Source: Gemmatimonadota bacterium
GTDB lineage: Bacteria; Gemmatimonadota; Gemmatimonadetes; Palauibacterales; KS3-K002
Assembly (NCBI GenBank): GCA_039586795.1
Contig: JBDHJS010000003.1
Location: 64,001-128,000, forward strand
Reading direction: 5' to 3'
Length of the DNA: 64,000 nucleotides
The translations under genes were made by a program, and so were the position numbers. Positions 55,457 to 64,000 of this stretch are shown here, piece after piece (the stretch's first letter is position 1; every line of letters starts with the position of its first letter). The notes beneath the pieces are model-generated. The model had not been told where the DNA came from. It did not search any database and saw only the letters and a list, made by a program, of their open reading frames with translations.

Positions 55457-56638
55457 AGCGTCAGTGAAGGGTGAGCCAGCGGCGACCATCGTCATGGTGA
55501 GCGGCCGAAACATCTCGTTCTCCAGGGCATCCCACAAAGTCGGGCCCCAATGCGCGTCGCCAAGCGAGTCCCCGAACCTGACCATCACCAGATCCAGGCT
55601 AGGCACGACGAGCAACACCTGACCTCCCGCCCCCACGGCAGCAAAGGACTCGAGCGGCAGTGAAGGCCAGGCGCCATTCGAGTTGACCCACCAGCAAATC
55701 GCTGGAGCGGGGTGTGAGCGCCCCTCTGAAGGACTCGGCAAAATCGCGTTTGGGCTCAGGACGATCTCTACGAGAGTCGAGTCTATCAGTTGCCTGCCTT
55801 GCCACCTGCCCTTCTGCAACATGAGCTGACCGACGCGAGCGGCTGCCCGTGCTGAATAGAAGGCTCCGCTCCACGTTGCATGCAAGCGCATTCCGTCCGC
55901 TCTAAATGACCTACCGTAACTAATCGTCCAAGCAGACCGCGGGACACCCAACGGTTCCATGATTCGATGTTCGAGCGCGGCCTCGATATCTGAGTATGGA
56001 GAATCTTTCAAGCTGGCGGTCACGGAATAGCCGAGGGCGGCGAACGCAGGACCGCTATACATGAATCGCGTTCCGGGGGTGAAGGTGATGGGCGCTTCCT
56101 TCAGCACCGCCTCGAAGGCGCCGCGTTGGCGACCCCAGAAGACTCGCTTCCAGCCCACCTGGTCACCTTCGTCGCGATGTTCGATTCCCGAGGTGTGAGT
56201 CGCAAGATGCCGAATCGTGATTGCCGACCTTGCCGGGTCGCCGTCCCACGCTGGAATGTACGCAGCAGCCGGCGCATCGAGTTTGATCAGGCCGTCATCG
56301 ATCGCTATGGCCAGCGACATCCCACCCACCAGCGCCTTGGCCATCGAGGCCGTGCCTTCTTTTCGCCAGCGACTGTGGAACGGCGCGTACCACTCGTAGG
56401 CGATCTGGTTGTGCCTGACGATCAGCAGCGCCTTCGTTCCCTTGTCGGCAAGCCTCGCCCTCAATGTGTCCAGCTGGACGGCGCTGAAGCCCAGACTCTC
56501 AGGCGTGGCTTCGTCCCAAGCCACCACGCCCCCAATCGGCATAGGCAGCCGATCACACCCAGCCATCAAGACAATGGCAGATATGACGAGAGTGAGTCCA
56601 CCGGTCTTGTCGCCCATAGCGACAAGCGGACGGATCAT
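55355..56638 (-). CDS. Serine hydrolase, beta-lactamase/PBP-like family
   Basis: ATG 56638; SMAK (SxxK), HLATHTSG, FMYSG, IMEPLG, GAGGQ; possible lipobox MAGC. Confidence 0.85.
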   Translation of the reverse strand: MIRPLVAMGDKTGGLTLVISAIVLMAGCDRLPMPIGGVVAWDEATPESLGFSAVQLDTLRARLADKGTKALLIVRHNQIAYEWYAPFHSRWRKEGTASMAKALVGGMSLAIAIDDGLIKLDAPAAAYIPAWDGDPARSAITIRHLATHTSGIEHRDEGDQVGWKRVFWGRQRGAFEAVLKEAPITFTPGTRFMYSGPAFAALGYSVTASLKDSPYSDIEAALEHRIMEPLGVPRSAWTISYGRSFRADGMRLHATWSGAFYSARAAARVGQLMLQKGRWQGRQLIDSTLVEIVLSPNAILPSPSEGRSHPAPAICWWVNSNGAWPSLPLESFAAVGAGGQVLLVVPSLDLVMVRFGDSLGDAHWGPTLWDALENEMFRPLTMTMVAAGSPFTDASLYGGRRGFEPALDAVPGVGSEPDENTVTPIRR

Positions 56639-56648
56639 GATTAGCCCC

Positions 56649-57830
56649 TCAGGACGTGACGCGTCTGAGAAACATTCCTGCGGCGATACCAACCGCCACC
56701 GCCAGGTACTCGAGCGTCGGTGTTCTGGCGAGCCCGGTCGCAAGCGGCACAACTGCTAGGGCGAGAACCAGAAGTGCCGAGTAGAGTCCAAGTTCTTTGT
56801 GGCCGCGCGCCCAGTACGCGCCGGGCATGGCTAGACCAACCAGCCAAACACCAGTCAGAATGGCCACGAACCATCCCGGTAGACTTCCTGTGTAGTAGAG
56901 CAGAGACCAACCGAGACCCAGGGTGAAACCGAGTCCGCAAGCACTCGAGCCGTTGACCGATATGCAATGACCATCCGGCTCACGCCACACATCCACGGCG
57001 AGGCTATCGCCCTCAACCACCCCGGCCATGACCTGCTCGTTCCGCAGGTCCGGCTGATCCAAGCGCAACTCCGCGGCGCGCGTCCTATAGCGATACACCA
57101 TTGCGGTGCGATCGGGTCCCAAAAGGATGATCTCACTCTGGCGATCGTCGTAGATACTGACCAGAGAGCTAAGTCCCGTTACGGGTGGACCGGCCAGAGC
57201 CCTCGCGCGCAGCCGACTTGAGGCTTGCAGCAGGGACCGCACACTATCGGAGTTCGCCAGCCGCCTGGGCGGAATCTCGAGCGACCCGATGGTGAATTCG
57301 CTCACCTCCCCACGATACCACTTCAAGTGGCCCAGTTCCGGTGTCCACTGCCCATAATACGTTGAACGAGGAAACAATGGTTGCAGCAAGAAGCCGACTC
57401 CGGTGTGCACAACCAGAACCGTGGCCGTAGCAGCTATCACCAGGATCCGCGCCTGGCGCGGATTGGGCAGGAACCAACTCAGCGCGTAGCGGCCAATCAC
57501 TGCGCCGAGCACCGCCCCTGTCGTGTTGTAGACGATGTCTCCCAGGTTGGCAAAGCGACCCGGGATGAAGAGTTGTGCAAGCTCCAGCCCGGCGGAGAAG
57601 AGCGCGGCGATGAGAAGAACCTCTGACACACGCCTTCCTCGCAGCCCGAGGCCGATGCCGACTGGCGTGAAGAAACCGATATTCAGAAGCGCGTCCGCCA
57701 CACCGCGGACACCGCACACCAGACAGGTGACAACCACCATGGAGTCAGCGTAGCGCTGCGGGAATAACGTCACGACCAGGATGGCAGGGACGTAGATCAG
57801 CAGGACGTATTTTCCGAGGCGCGCGCGCAT
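56649..57830 (-). CDS. VanZ-like membrane protein with soluble beta-rich domain
   Basis: ATG 57830; D.LLNIGFFTP.G, LELAQLFIPGR, DIVYNTTG. Confidence 0.78.
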   Translation of the reverse strand: MRARLGKYVLLIYVPAILVVTLFPQRYADSMVVVTCLVCGVRGVADALLNIGFFTPVGIGLGLRGRRVSEVLLIAALFSAGLELAQLFIPGRFANLGDIVYNTTGAVLGAVIGRYALSWFLPNPRQARILVIAATATVLVVHTGVGFLLQPLFPRSTYYGQWTPELGHLKWYRGEVSEFTIGSLEIPPRRLANSDSVRSLLQASSRLRARALAGPPVTGLSSLVSIYDDRQSEIILLGPDRTAMVYRYRTRAAELRLDQPDLRNEQVMAGVVEGDSLAVDVWREPDGHCISVNGSSACGLGFTLGLGWSLLYYTGSLPGWFVAILTGVWLVGLAMPGAYWARGHKELGLYSALLVLALAVVPLATGLARTPTLEYLAVAVGIAAGMFLRRVTS

Positions 57831-57937
57831 GGTCGCTTTGGTTGCGTGACGGCGGCCGGCAGAGAACTGACGCGGCGGCCTGATGGTCAATAGTAGCGAA
57901 GCGGCGAAACACCGAAAGGCCACACTCCAATCATTAG

Positions 57938-57955
57938 TGTAGCATCCTCACTACA
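57938..57955. promoter_or_regulatory. Upstream activator site
   Basis: TGTAGC-ATCCTC-ACTACA. Confidence 0.6.
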
Positions 57956-57983
57956 TAGACCACGGGAAACCGAGCTATACTCG

Positions 57984-57999
57984 TGGCCTGCCTCTTGCT
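57984..57999 (+). promoter_or_regulatory. Sigma54 promoter for GT4
   Basis: TGGCCTGCCTCTTGCT, GG-N10-GC. Confidence 0.65.
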
Positions 58000-58013
58000 A
58001 CGTCATTTGTGCG

Positions 58014-59192
58014 ATGAACATTCTGACCTTTAACTACGAGTACCCGCCCCTGGGCGGCGGCGGTGGTGTGGTGCATGCCCTGATCGTCGAAGAGCTGGCA
58101 AAGCGCCATCGCGTCGTCGTCGTTACATCTGCCTTCGAGGACCTTCCCTCGCACGAAGTCCGGGGCGGGGTAGAGATCCATCGCGTGCCCATCGTGGGCC
58201 GCAAGGACGCTTCAGCGGCCTCGCTGATATCGCTTTTGAGCTTCCCGCTCACAGCATGGGCGAAGGCGTATCAGCTGATTCGCAAAGAGCGTTTCGACAT
58301 TATCAACAGCCATTTCGCGGTTCCTACGGGCCCGGCTTCTCTGCCGCCCGCAAAGCTCGCCAGGATTCCCCATGTATTGAGCCTTCACGGCGGTGACATC
58401 TATGACCCCTCCAAGAAGCTGTCGCCGCATCGCTTACGGGGTGTCCGCTCCGTGGTCAACTGGGTGCTCAAGAGCTCAGACGCCGTGGTGGCGCAATCGA
58501 CGAACACCCGTGAGAACACGCACAAATACTACTCATATGACGGCCCCATCGAGATCATCCCGCTGGGCATTCGACAGCCGGACTTTCCCGATGCAACGCG
58601 CGACGACCTCGGCGTGCCAAGAGATCGCTTCGTAGCGATCACCGTCGGGCGGCTGGTGAAGCGCAAAGGCATTGATCAACTCCTTCAGGCGCTGACACTC
58701 CCTGAGTGTCAGGATGCCATACTCTACGTGGTCGGCGACGGCCCCGAACGCGCACCGCTGACAACCCTGTCGAGAGAACTCGGCCTGGAGGATCGAGTCG
58801 TGTTCACAGGCCGCGTGGAGGAAGATGAGAAGTGGCAGCTACTCAAGTGTTCTGACGCCTACGTATCGGCCACTCTTCACGAAGGATTCGGCCTGGTCTA
58901 TCTGGAGGGGATGGCCGCTGGACTGCCCGTCGTCACGTTCGATCACGGTGGGCAGGTGGACTTCCTTCGACATGACGAGACCGGATACGTGGTCTCGGCA
59001 GGCGACGTACCAGGGTTGGCCGCAGCGATAGGTCGCCTCATAGCGAATCCGGAAGAAGTGGAGAGGTTCCGCGCCACGAACCTGCAGCGAGCACCGCAAC
59101 ACCGCATAGAGGAGTGCGCCGACGGCTATGAGGAGCTGTTCGATCGTGTAGCTGCTGAGGGAAAGAAAGCGGCAACCTTGGTCACGGCATAG
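58014..59192 (+). CDS. GT4 glycosyltransferase
   Basis: YEYPPLGGG, VGRLVKRKG, EGFGLVYLEGMA. Confidence 0.92.
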   Translation: MNILTFNYEYPPLGGGGGVVHALIVEELAKRHRVVVVTSAFEDLPSHEVRGGVEIHRVPIVGRKDASAASLISLLSFPLTAWAKAYQLIRKERFDIINSHFAVPTGPASLPPAKLARIPHVLSLHGGDIYDPSKKLSPHRLRGVRSVVNWVLKSSDAVVAQSTNTRENTHKYYSYDGPIEIIPLGIRQPDFPDATRDDLGVPRDRFVAITVGRLVKRKGIDQLLQALTLPECQDAILYVVGDGPERAPLTTLSRELGLEDRVVFTGRVEEDEKWQLLKCSDAYVSATLHEGFGLVYLEGMAAGLPVVTFDHGGQVDFLRHDETGYVVSAGDVPGLAAAIGRLIANPEEVERFRATNLQRAPQHRIEECADGYEELFDRVAAEGKKAATLVTA

Positions 59193-59199
59193 CCGACAT

Positions 59200-60879
59200 C
59201 TACCGCCGGGCCGCTCTTAGCGCTTCCGTAACCCGCTCACGTAGAAGATCTGCCGTTTGTTGCTCCGCCGGCCCTTGCCGCGCGAAGCGCGCCGCCCATC
59301 GATAGAAGCCGTTCACCGTGCGTTGGATGGAAGGGTTCTTTGGGCTCGTGTGGCGAAGCGTTTCTACGAGGTGGTCTGCCAGATCTTCGAGCATCGCACC
59401 CTCATTTCCGCCGGTCGCCGGCCCGACGTAGAAGACGCCCTCACCCTCATGTCCACCCAGCGGTCTATTGGGCCGCGGCCGGAAAGTCCAGCCGTATCTC
59501 CAGAGACCGAACTCGTCGGGCCGAAACGCGGCGCGATACCGATGCCTGGAAACCGAATCGGCGTCGACTTTGAGCAGTCTCCCCGAGGGAGCGATCAAAA
59601 CCATCTCTGGAGCCTGTTCCTCCCGCGGGCCGGGCTGTACCCAGGTCTCCAACAGGTCCAGGACAAACTCCTCGCCCCACTCGACCCTGTTACGCGGTGA
59701 CGACACCATGACCTGAGACCAATCCCAGCGACGAACGATCGGGTTATCGAGATACTCCCATTCCGCATCCTCGACGGATAGTTCGCTGTCTCCGCCGCGG
59801 ATAAACGTCGCGGGCGGAATCCCTTCACCCGGTTCGATCGCGGCGGCCAGCAGAACGGTTCGACCGGGATGCTCGATCACGTTAGTGACATGAGCCATCC
59901 CCGCCTCCAGCACAAAGTCGTCCGTCGCCGCTACGACCGTGAACGGGAGCTCAACCTCGATGTCGAGGCGGGGTCGCTTCGAGACCCAGTCTCTTTCGGT
60001 ACCGAAGTTCGAGCTCAGGATGCCGTACTCTGTGCCCCAACGGTCTTCTTCTTCGTCGTCCAACTTCAACAATAGGTCGACGGATCCTCGCTCCAACGAT
60101 CGATCCACATAGCGCGCCAGACTCGGACCCCCAAACGTCAGCATCGTATCGTCCCGGACGATCGTTCCCATCGCCACAGGGCGGAGCGCATACCTGACAA
60201 GCGCGTCCTGGTCGTCTGGCTCGAGCGCTCCTGGGGCGGCCCACGTTTCTTCGTCTACTCGCGCTTCCGTCCAACTCGCTTCGCCAGGCGCTGCGCGCGA
60301 CAGATCGTTCTTTTCGATTCCGCCGGCACCGGCAACCCAGTCCGCGTCGGTCGGATAGGCGTACAAATGGAGCGGCTCGAGTGGTTCCTCCCCCGCAAGG
60401 GGCGAGTCAACCATGAACGCCTCGATCCAGAAGGACAGCCTGGCCGATACGACGCGAGCCTCCCGCGGCAACTCGGGCAGCGCCCAACGAACCAGACCTC
60501 GCTTCAATTCGAAACGGCCTTCCCGGTTGGGGCCACCGTAACGTCGGCCGACGCGCACGTGATACGAGGTGCCCTGGTTGTACGGGTACTTCACCCTGCC
60601 ATCCAGGTATCCCCTGATATCGGTGTCCTCGACTGTGGAGACCGGAGAGATCAACGAATAGCTGACGTTCGTTGTTCTGGATGCAGGCGCGGCGACGTCG
60701 ATGAACGCCGCCGTAACGCGCACACGCCCGACGCGCTGGATCTCGAGTTGAGAGATCTCCTTGATCCGCGCCGCCGTATGTCGGATCCGCGGTTGGCTAT
60801 CAATCCGAACCTCGAGCCACTCGCAAGCGGATATCGCGAGGAGCGTAATAACCGACAGCAGCATCCATCGTGCTCTCAT
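59200..60879 (-). CDS. Hypothetical lipoprotein with DNRLRE/CBM96-like segment
   Basis: ATG 60879, just after the upstream gene's stop; lipobox-like ISAC; EDTDI...GLVRWALPELP..ARVVSARL...RPRLDI. Confidence 0.6.
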   Translation of the reverse strand: MRARWMLLSVITLLAISACEWLEVRIDSQPRIRHTAARIKEISQLEIQRVGRVRVTAAFIDVAAPASRTTNVSYSLISPVSTVEDTDIRGYLDGRVKYPYNQGTSYHVRVGRRYGGPNREGRFELKRGLVRWALPELPREARVVSARLSFWIEAFMVDSPLAGEEPLEPLHLYAYPTDADWVAGAGGIEKNDLSRAAPGEASWTEARVDEETWAAPGALEPDDQDALVRYALRPVAMGTIVRDDTMLTFGGPSLARYVDRSLERGSVDLLLKLDDEEEDRWGTEYGILSSNFGTERDWVSKRPRLDIEVELPFTVVAATDDFVLEAGMAHVTNVIEHPGRTVLLAAAIEPGEGIPPATFIRGGDSELSVEDAEWEYLDNPIVRRWDWSQVMVSSPRNRVEWGEEFVLDLLETWVQPGPREEQAPEMVLIAPSGRLLKVDADSVSRHRYRAAFRPDEFGLWRYGWTFRPRPNRPLGGHEGEGVFYVGPATGGNEGAMLEDLADHLVETLRHTSPKNPSIQRTVNGFYRWAARFARQGPAEQQTADLLRERVTEALRAARR

Positions 60880-60883
60880 GCCA

Positions 60884-62614
60884 CTACACCGGCTCGTGGG
60901 TAGACTGTGTTCGCGCACTACTCACGACGTCACCCCGTACCACGCGCTCAGGAAAACGCGACTTCACCTCGTCGACCTGGCTTTCGACAGCGTCGGAGGT
61001 CAATCCTAACTCTCCAGCCAGAATCGCAGCACATTCCCGCAAGGCTCCCTCACCGGGGTACTCACCGGTCGCCAAGTCCGTGCGTCGCAACACTATATCG
61101 CCTAGGGTTTGAGCCATCTCTTCGCGAACGGCGTGTACGACCTGCGCCTTGATTGTATCCGCGCCCGCGATAGGATCGGCGAGTGACGGATCGTCTCGCG
61201 TGTGCTCCAGGACGCTTCCGTATTCAGAACCGTAGTTGTGGACTAGCGACCGCACCGTCTCGTCACCCAACGCGCTCGCGTGCTTGCGCATGGCCTCGGC
61301 GAGGAAGCTCTCGACATCGTCTACCTCGCCGCCGACCACCGGTGTACTGGCGGTCCTGCATTTCGGCGCTCGGTAGCCGAGCTTTCGATATACGATGTTT
61401 ATCGCGCGCTCGGCCTCGTACCGTCCCGTCGTGAAACGCACTCCGATGAGCGAGATCAGGTTCTCGAGCCCGTCGGTCTTGGCGTGATCGATCAGTCGGG
61501 ATCGATGCCCGTAGCGCAGATGTTGCTCACCCTCAGGGTTGTCTCCGAAGGGCACGAGCCCCGCGTTCCACATGGAGACATCATCCAGCGTGAGCTGAAG
61601 GTCCGGATAGCCCGCGTTGACTTCGGCGATGAACTTCTCCAGCTCAGCATCGCTTACGGTAAAACCATCGGGGTCATCTTCATACACGACATGCCAGGTC
61701 CCGATCAGTGTGTAACCGCGCCATGGCGCGACGAAGAGATGCCGTTCGCCGCGGCTCAACACCGCTTCCGGATCGTGCGTCTTACCCTGCACCGCCAGCG
61801 CGACCTTGTCGTCCAACAGTTGCCGCGGCACGACAAAGCAAGCGTCGCGTGAGTATGTGCCCGGAGGAGACAATCGAACGTCCGCCGCCCTATCCAGCAG
61901 CCGCTCGGCATACGGGCCCGCCGCGTTAAGCACAACTTTGGCCTTGATGTCGAGAGATTCGCCGGAGAGCGTATCACGTACGACGACACCGGTTACTTTG
62001 TCTCCGCTGCGGAGAAAGCCCGTCGCTTCAACGTGGTTGGCGGCTACCGCTCCGGCGGCAACTGCGCTTTGTAGAAACGCGAGCACGAGTCGCGGCGGAT
62101 TGTACATCTGTCCATCGCAGAAGACCGCTCCGCCCGTCAGGCCCTCCCGGTCAAGTCCGGGGAACATCTCCAGGATCCGGCTGCGACTGAGTGGCTTGCC
62201 CCACGGGATCTGACGTGTCGGATCCGAAACGCCACGATTCTTGTCTATTGTAAGCAGGTCATACAGCGCCATCCCTGCTCGCAGTGCCGCTTTCCCCTTC
62301 ATCCCATGGCCGTACGTGGGTATGACGATCGGCAGGGGACTCACCAGGTGAGGCGCGACCCGCAGGAACGCGCGTCGCTCCTGGCTCGACTGGCGAACAC
62401 GATAGGCATCGCCGTGCTGGACGTATCGGATACCGCCGTGGACGATCTTGAACGAATTGGCGCTCGCGGCACTGCAAAAGTCATGACGCTCGATTATCGC
62501 CGCCGAGAGTCCCCGTTGCGCGGCGTCCCAAGCGGCGCAGGCGCCGAAAATGCCACCGCCGATCACGACTACATCGAACTCCTGGTCCGCTAAGCGACTG
62601 ACGTCCCGTTTCAT
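60884..62614 (-). CDS. FAD-dependent glycerol-3-phosphate dehydrogenase/oxidase-family protein
   Basis: IGGGIFG, HGGIRY, DGQM, NAAGP, EEMAQTLGDIVLRRT. Confidence 0.85.
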   Translation of the reverse strand: MKRDVSRLADQEFDVVVIGGGIFGACAAWDAAQRGLSAAIIERHDFCSAASANSFKIVHGGIRYVQHGDAYRVRQSSQERRAFLRVAPHLVSPLPIVIPTYGHGMKGKAALRAGMALYDLLTIDKNRGVSDPTRQIPWGKPLSRSRILEMFPGLDREGLTGGAVFCDGQMYNPPRLVLAFLQSAVAAGAVAANHVEATGFLRSGDKVTGVVVRDTLSGESLDIKAKVVLNAAGPYAERLLDRAADVRLSPPGTYSRDACFVVPRQLLDDKVALAVQGKTHDPEAVLSRGERHLFVAPWRGYTLIGTWHVVYEDDPDGFTVSDAELEKFIAEVNAGYPDLQLTLDDVSMWNAGLVPFGDNPEGEQHLRYGHRSRLIDHAKTDGLENLISLIGVRFTTGRYEAERAINIVYRKLGYRAPKCRTASTPVVGGEVDDVESFLAEAMRKHASALGDETVRSLVHNYGSEYGSVLEHTRDDPSLADPIAGADTIKAQVVHAVREEMAQTLGDIVLRRTDLATGEYPGEGALRECAAILAGELGLTSDAVESQVDEVKSRFPERVVRGDVVSSARTQSTHEPV

Positions 62615-62635
62615 TGATTCAAAGACCTTCTTCTA

Positions 62636-64000
62636 TCAGGCCGCAGCATTGCGAGCCTTCGATCGCTGTGTGATCTGATCCGTTAGCTGCTCTTCTGCCC
62701 GGCCCTGAATAAACATTTGGTACCATACTTCGCTGTTAACGAGCAGCCAGAGACGATTGCCGTGATCTGCACGGCCCGCCCGATGTTCTTGCAGCATCGC
62801 GTCGATCGGGCCCTGATTGAGAATCCCCTCGCGAGCCAGTTGTGTATCGCTGAGGAAGATGCTGTAGAGCAGATTCAATTCGCCCTTCAGCATATAGGGC
62901 AATGCCGACGAGAAGCCCTGTTTCTTTCTGGCCAATAACTCTGGCGGCAAGAGGCGCTTGGCGAGCTGCACCTGGATGTATCGCAACTGCCGCCCGCGCA
63001 CTTTGTACTTGGCCGGAAGCCGCGCCGTGAACTCGGCCACCTCGTGGTCCATGAACGGACTCCGCGCCTCCAGGCCGTGCGCCATGGTCATGCGATCCTG
63101 AATCATGACCGGGTGATCCGGCATCCGAGACTGGCAGTCCGCGTAGAGCATGCGGTCGACGACGTCATTAGCCTCGGCCCGCTCGTATGCATCGCGCATA
63201 AGCACGCCGGGGTCGAATTCGGCAGCCGACTCCCGCATCACCGGCCCGTACAACGAGTCCTTGTACGCTCCGTTCATGTAGAAGTAGCTGAGGCTTTCGA
63301 TGTATCGCTCGCCGCCGCTGAAGTTCGAGAGACGATGCAGCCACTTGAGCTGGTGGCCCGGACTCTTGTACCACCGGCCATCCGGTATCAATCCGAGCAC
63401 TGCGCCGATCATTCGACGCAGAGCCACCGGGACCCTGGCATAGTGGTCGGCGTATCGGTTCCCGTAGTAGCGATCGTATCCGCCGAACAGCTCGTCGCCG
63501 CCGTCTCCGCCCAACACGACCTTCACATGTTCGCGAGCCATCTGCGCGATCAGGTCCATGCAGACCGATAGGGGGTCCGACGGTTCATCCAGCTGGCGCA
63601 CCAATCTTGGCAGCGCACCCAGCAAGGAAGGGTTGATCTCCTGCTCGTGATGGCGCGTGCCGTACCGATCGGCGACGAGCCGAGCCGCTGGCGCCTCGTC
63701 AAACTCGCCATAGGGCAGACCAACCGAAAACGTCTGAAAGTCCTCGGCCAGCTTGTGCTTCCTCAGCAGCGCTACGACCAACGTCGAGTCCAGTCCGCCG
63801 CTCATGAACGCGCCCACCGGCACGTCGCTGACCAGGTGCAAGCGGATGCATTCGACCAGGCGCTCTTCCAGTTCCTCGAGCAGATCGGACTCGCTGCCGC
63901 CGACCTTCGGCTCGTAGGGCAGGTCCCAATAGCGCTCGACCTTGAGCCCGCTTTCGCGATCAAATGTCAGGTAGTGGGCGGGCGGTAGCTTGCGGATCTC
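62636..64000 (-). CDS. asnB: Asparagine synthase-like glutamine amidotransferase; 5'-truncated
   Basis: Frame is open to the window end (EIRKLPPAH..RYWD); SDVPVGAFMSGGLDS, GDGGDELFGGY, LEARSPF, KKQGF. Confidence 0.9.
   Translation of the reverse strand, partial: EIRKLPPAHYLTFDRESGLKVERYWDLPYEPKVGGSESDLLEELEERLVECIRLHLVSDVPVGAFMSGGLDSTLVVALLRKHKLAEDFQTFSVGLPYGEFDEAPAARLVADRYGTRHHEQEINPSLLGALPRLVRQLDEPSDPLSVCMDLIAQMAREHVKVVLGGDGGDELFGGYDRYYGNRYADHYARVPVALRRMIGAVLGLIPDGRWYKSPGHQLKWLHRLSNFSGGERYIESLSYFYMNGAYKDSLYGPVMRESAAEFDPGVLMRDAYERAEANDVVDRMLYADCQSRMPDHPVMIQDRMTMAHGLEARSPFMDHEVAEFTARLPAKYKVRGRQLRYIQVQLAKRLLPPELLARKKQGFSSALPYMLKGELNLLYSIFLSDTQLAREGILNQGPIDAMLQEHRAGRADHGNRLWLLVNSEVWYQMFIQGRAEEQLTDQITQRSKARNAAA

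Noticed and set aside
55355..57830. Antibiotic-resistance genes (beta-lactamase, vanZ)
   Set aside because: Only broad family motifs are present. Both families are widespread with non-resistance roles, and there is no mobile context.
1..64000. CRISPR arrays, tRNA/rRNA, IS elements, integrases
   Set aside because: No regularly spaced repeats, RNA-gene signatures or transposase/recombinase motifs were seen by eye. A covariance-model scan would be needed to exclude small RNAs.

Overview
GC-rich bacterial DNA (about 60-65% GC by eye; the gene style suggests Gemmatimonadota, which is an inference) fully occupied by one very large surface-polysaccharide/glycoconjugate locus that runs off both ends. 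Regulation: two paralogous NtrC-type sigma54 activators, a sensorless histidine kinase and a REC-degenerate GGDEF protein. Assembly and export: WecB, a Wza-like SLBB protein, Wzc, a priming sugar transferase, a Wzy/ligase-like protein, an ABC exporter, a GT-C and many GT2/GT4 enzymes. Tailoring is unusually rich: three separate acyl-carrier-protein modules (ligase+LarA-like+ACP+GNAT; FkbH+ACP+GNAT; ACP+SDR+ligase), two sulfotransferases, a methyltransferase, a kinase-methyltransferase fusion, three deacetylase-like proteins, and FemAB-like, DegT-like and AsnB-like enzymes. Several secreted proteins and lipoproteins share modules. The intergenic DNA repeats one regulatory pattern: an 18-bp palindrome TGTWGC-N6-GCWACA, usually about 70-115 bp from sigma54 -24/-12 elements, in at least 8 promoter regions. 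No rRNA, tRNA, CRISPR array or IS element was seen.
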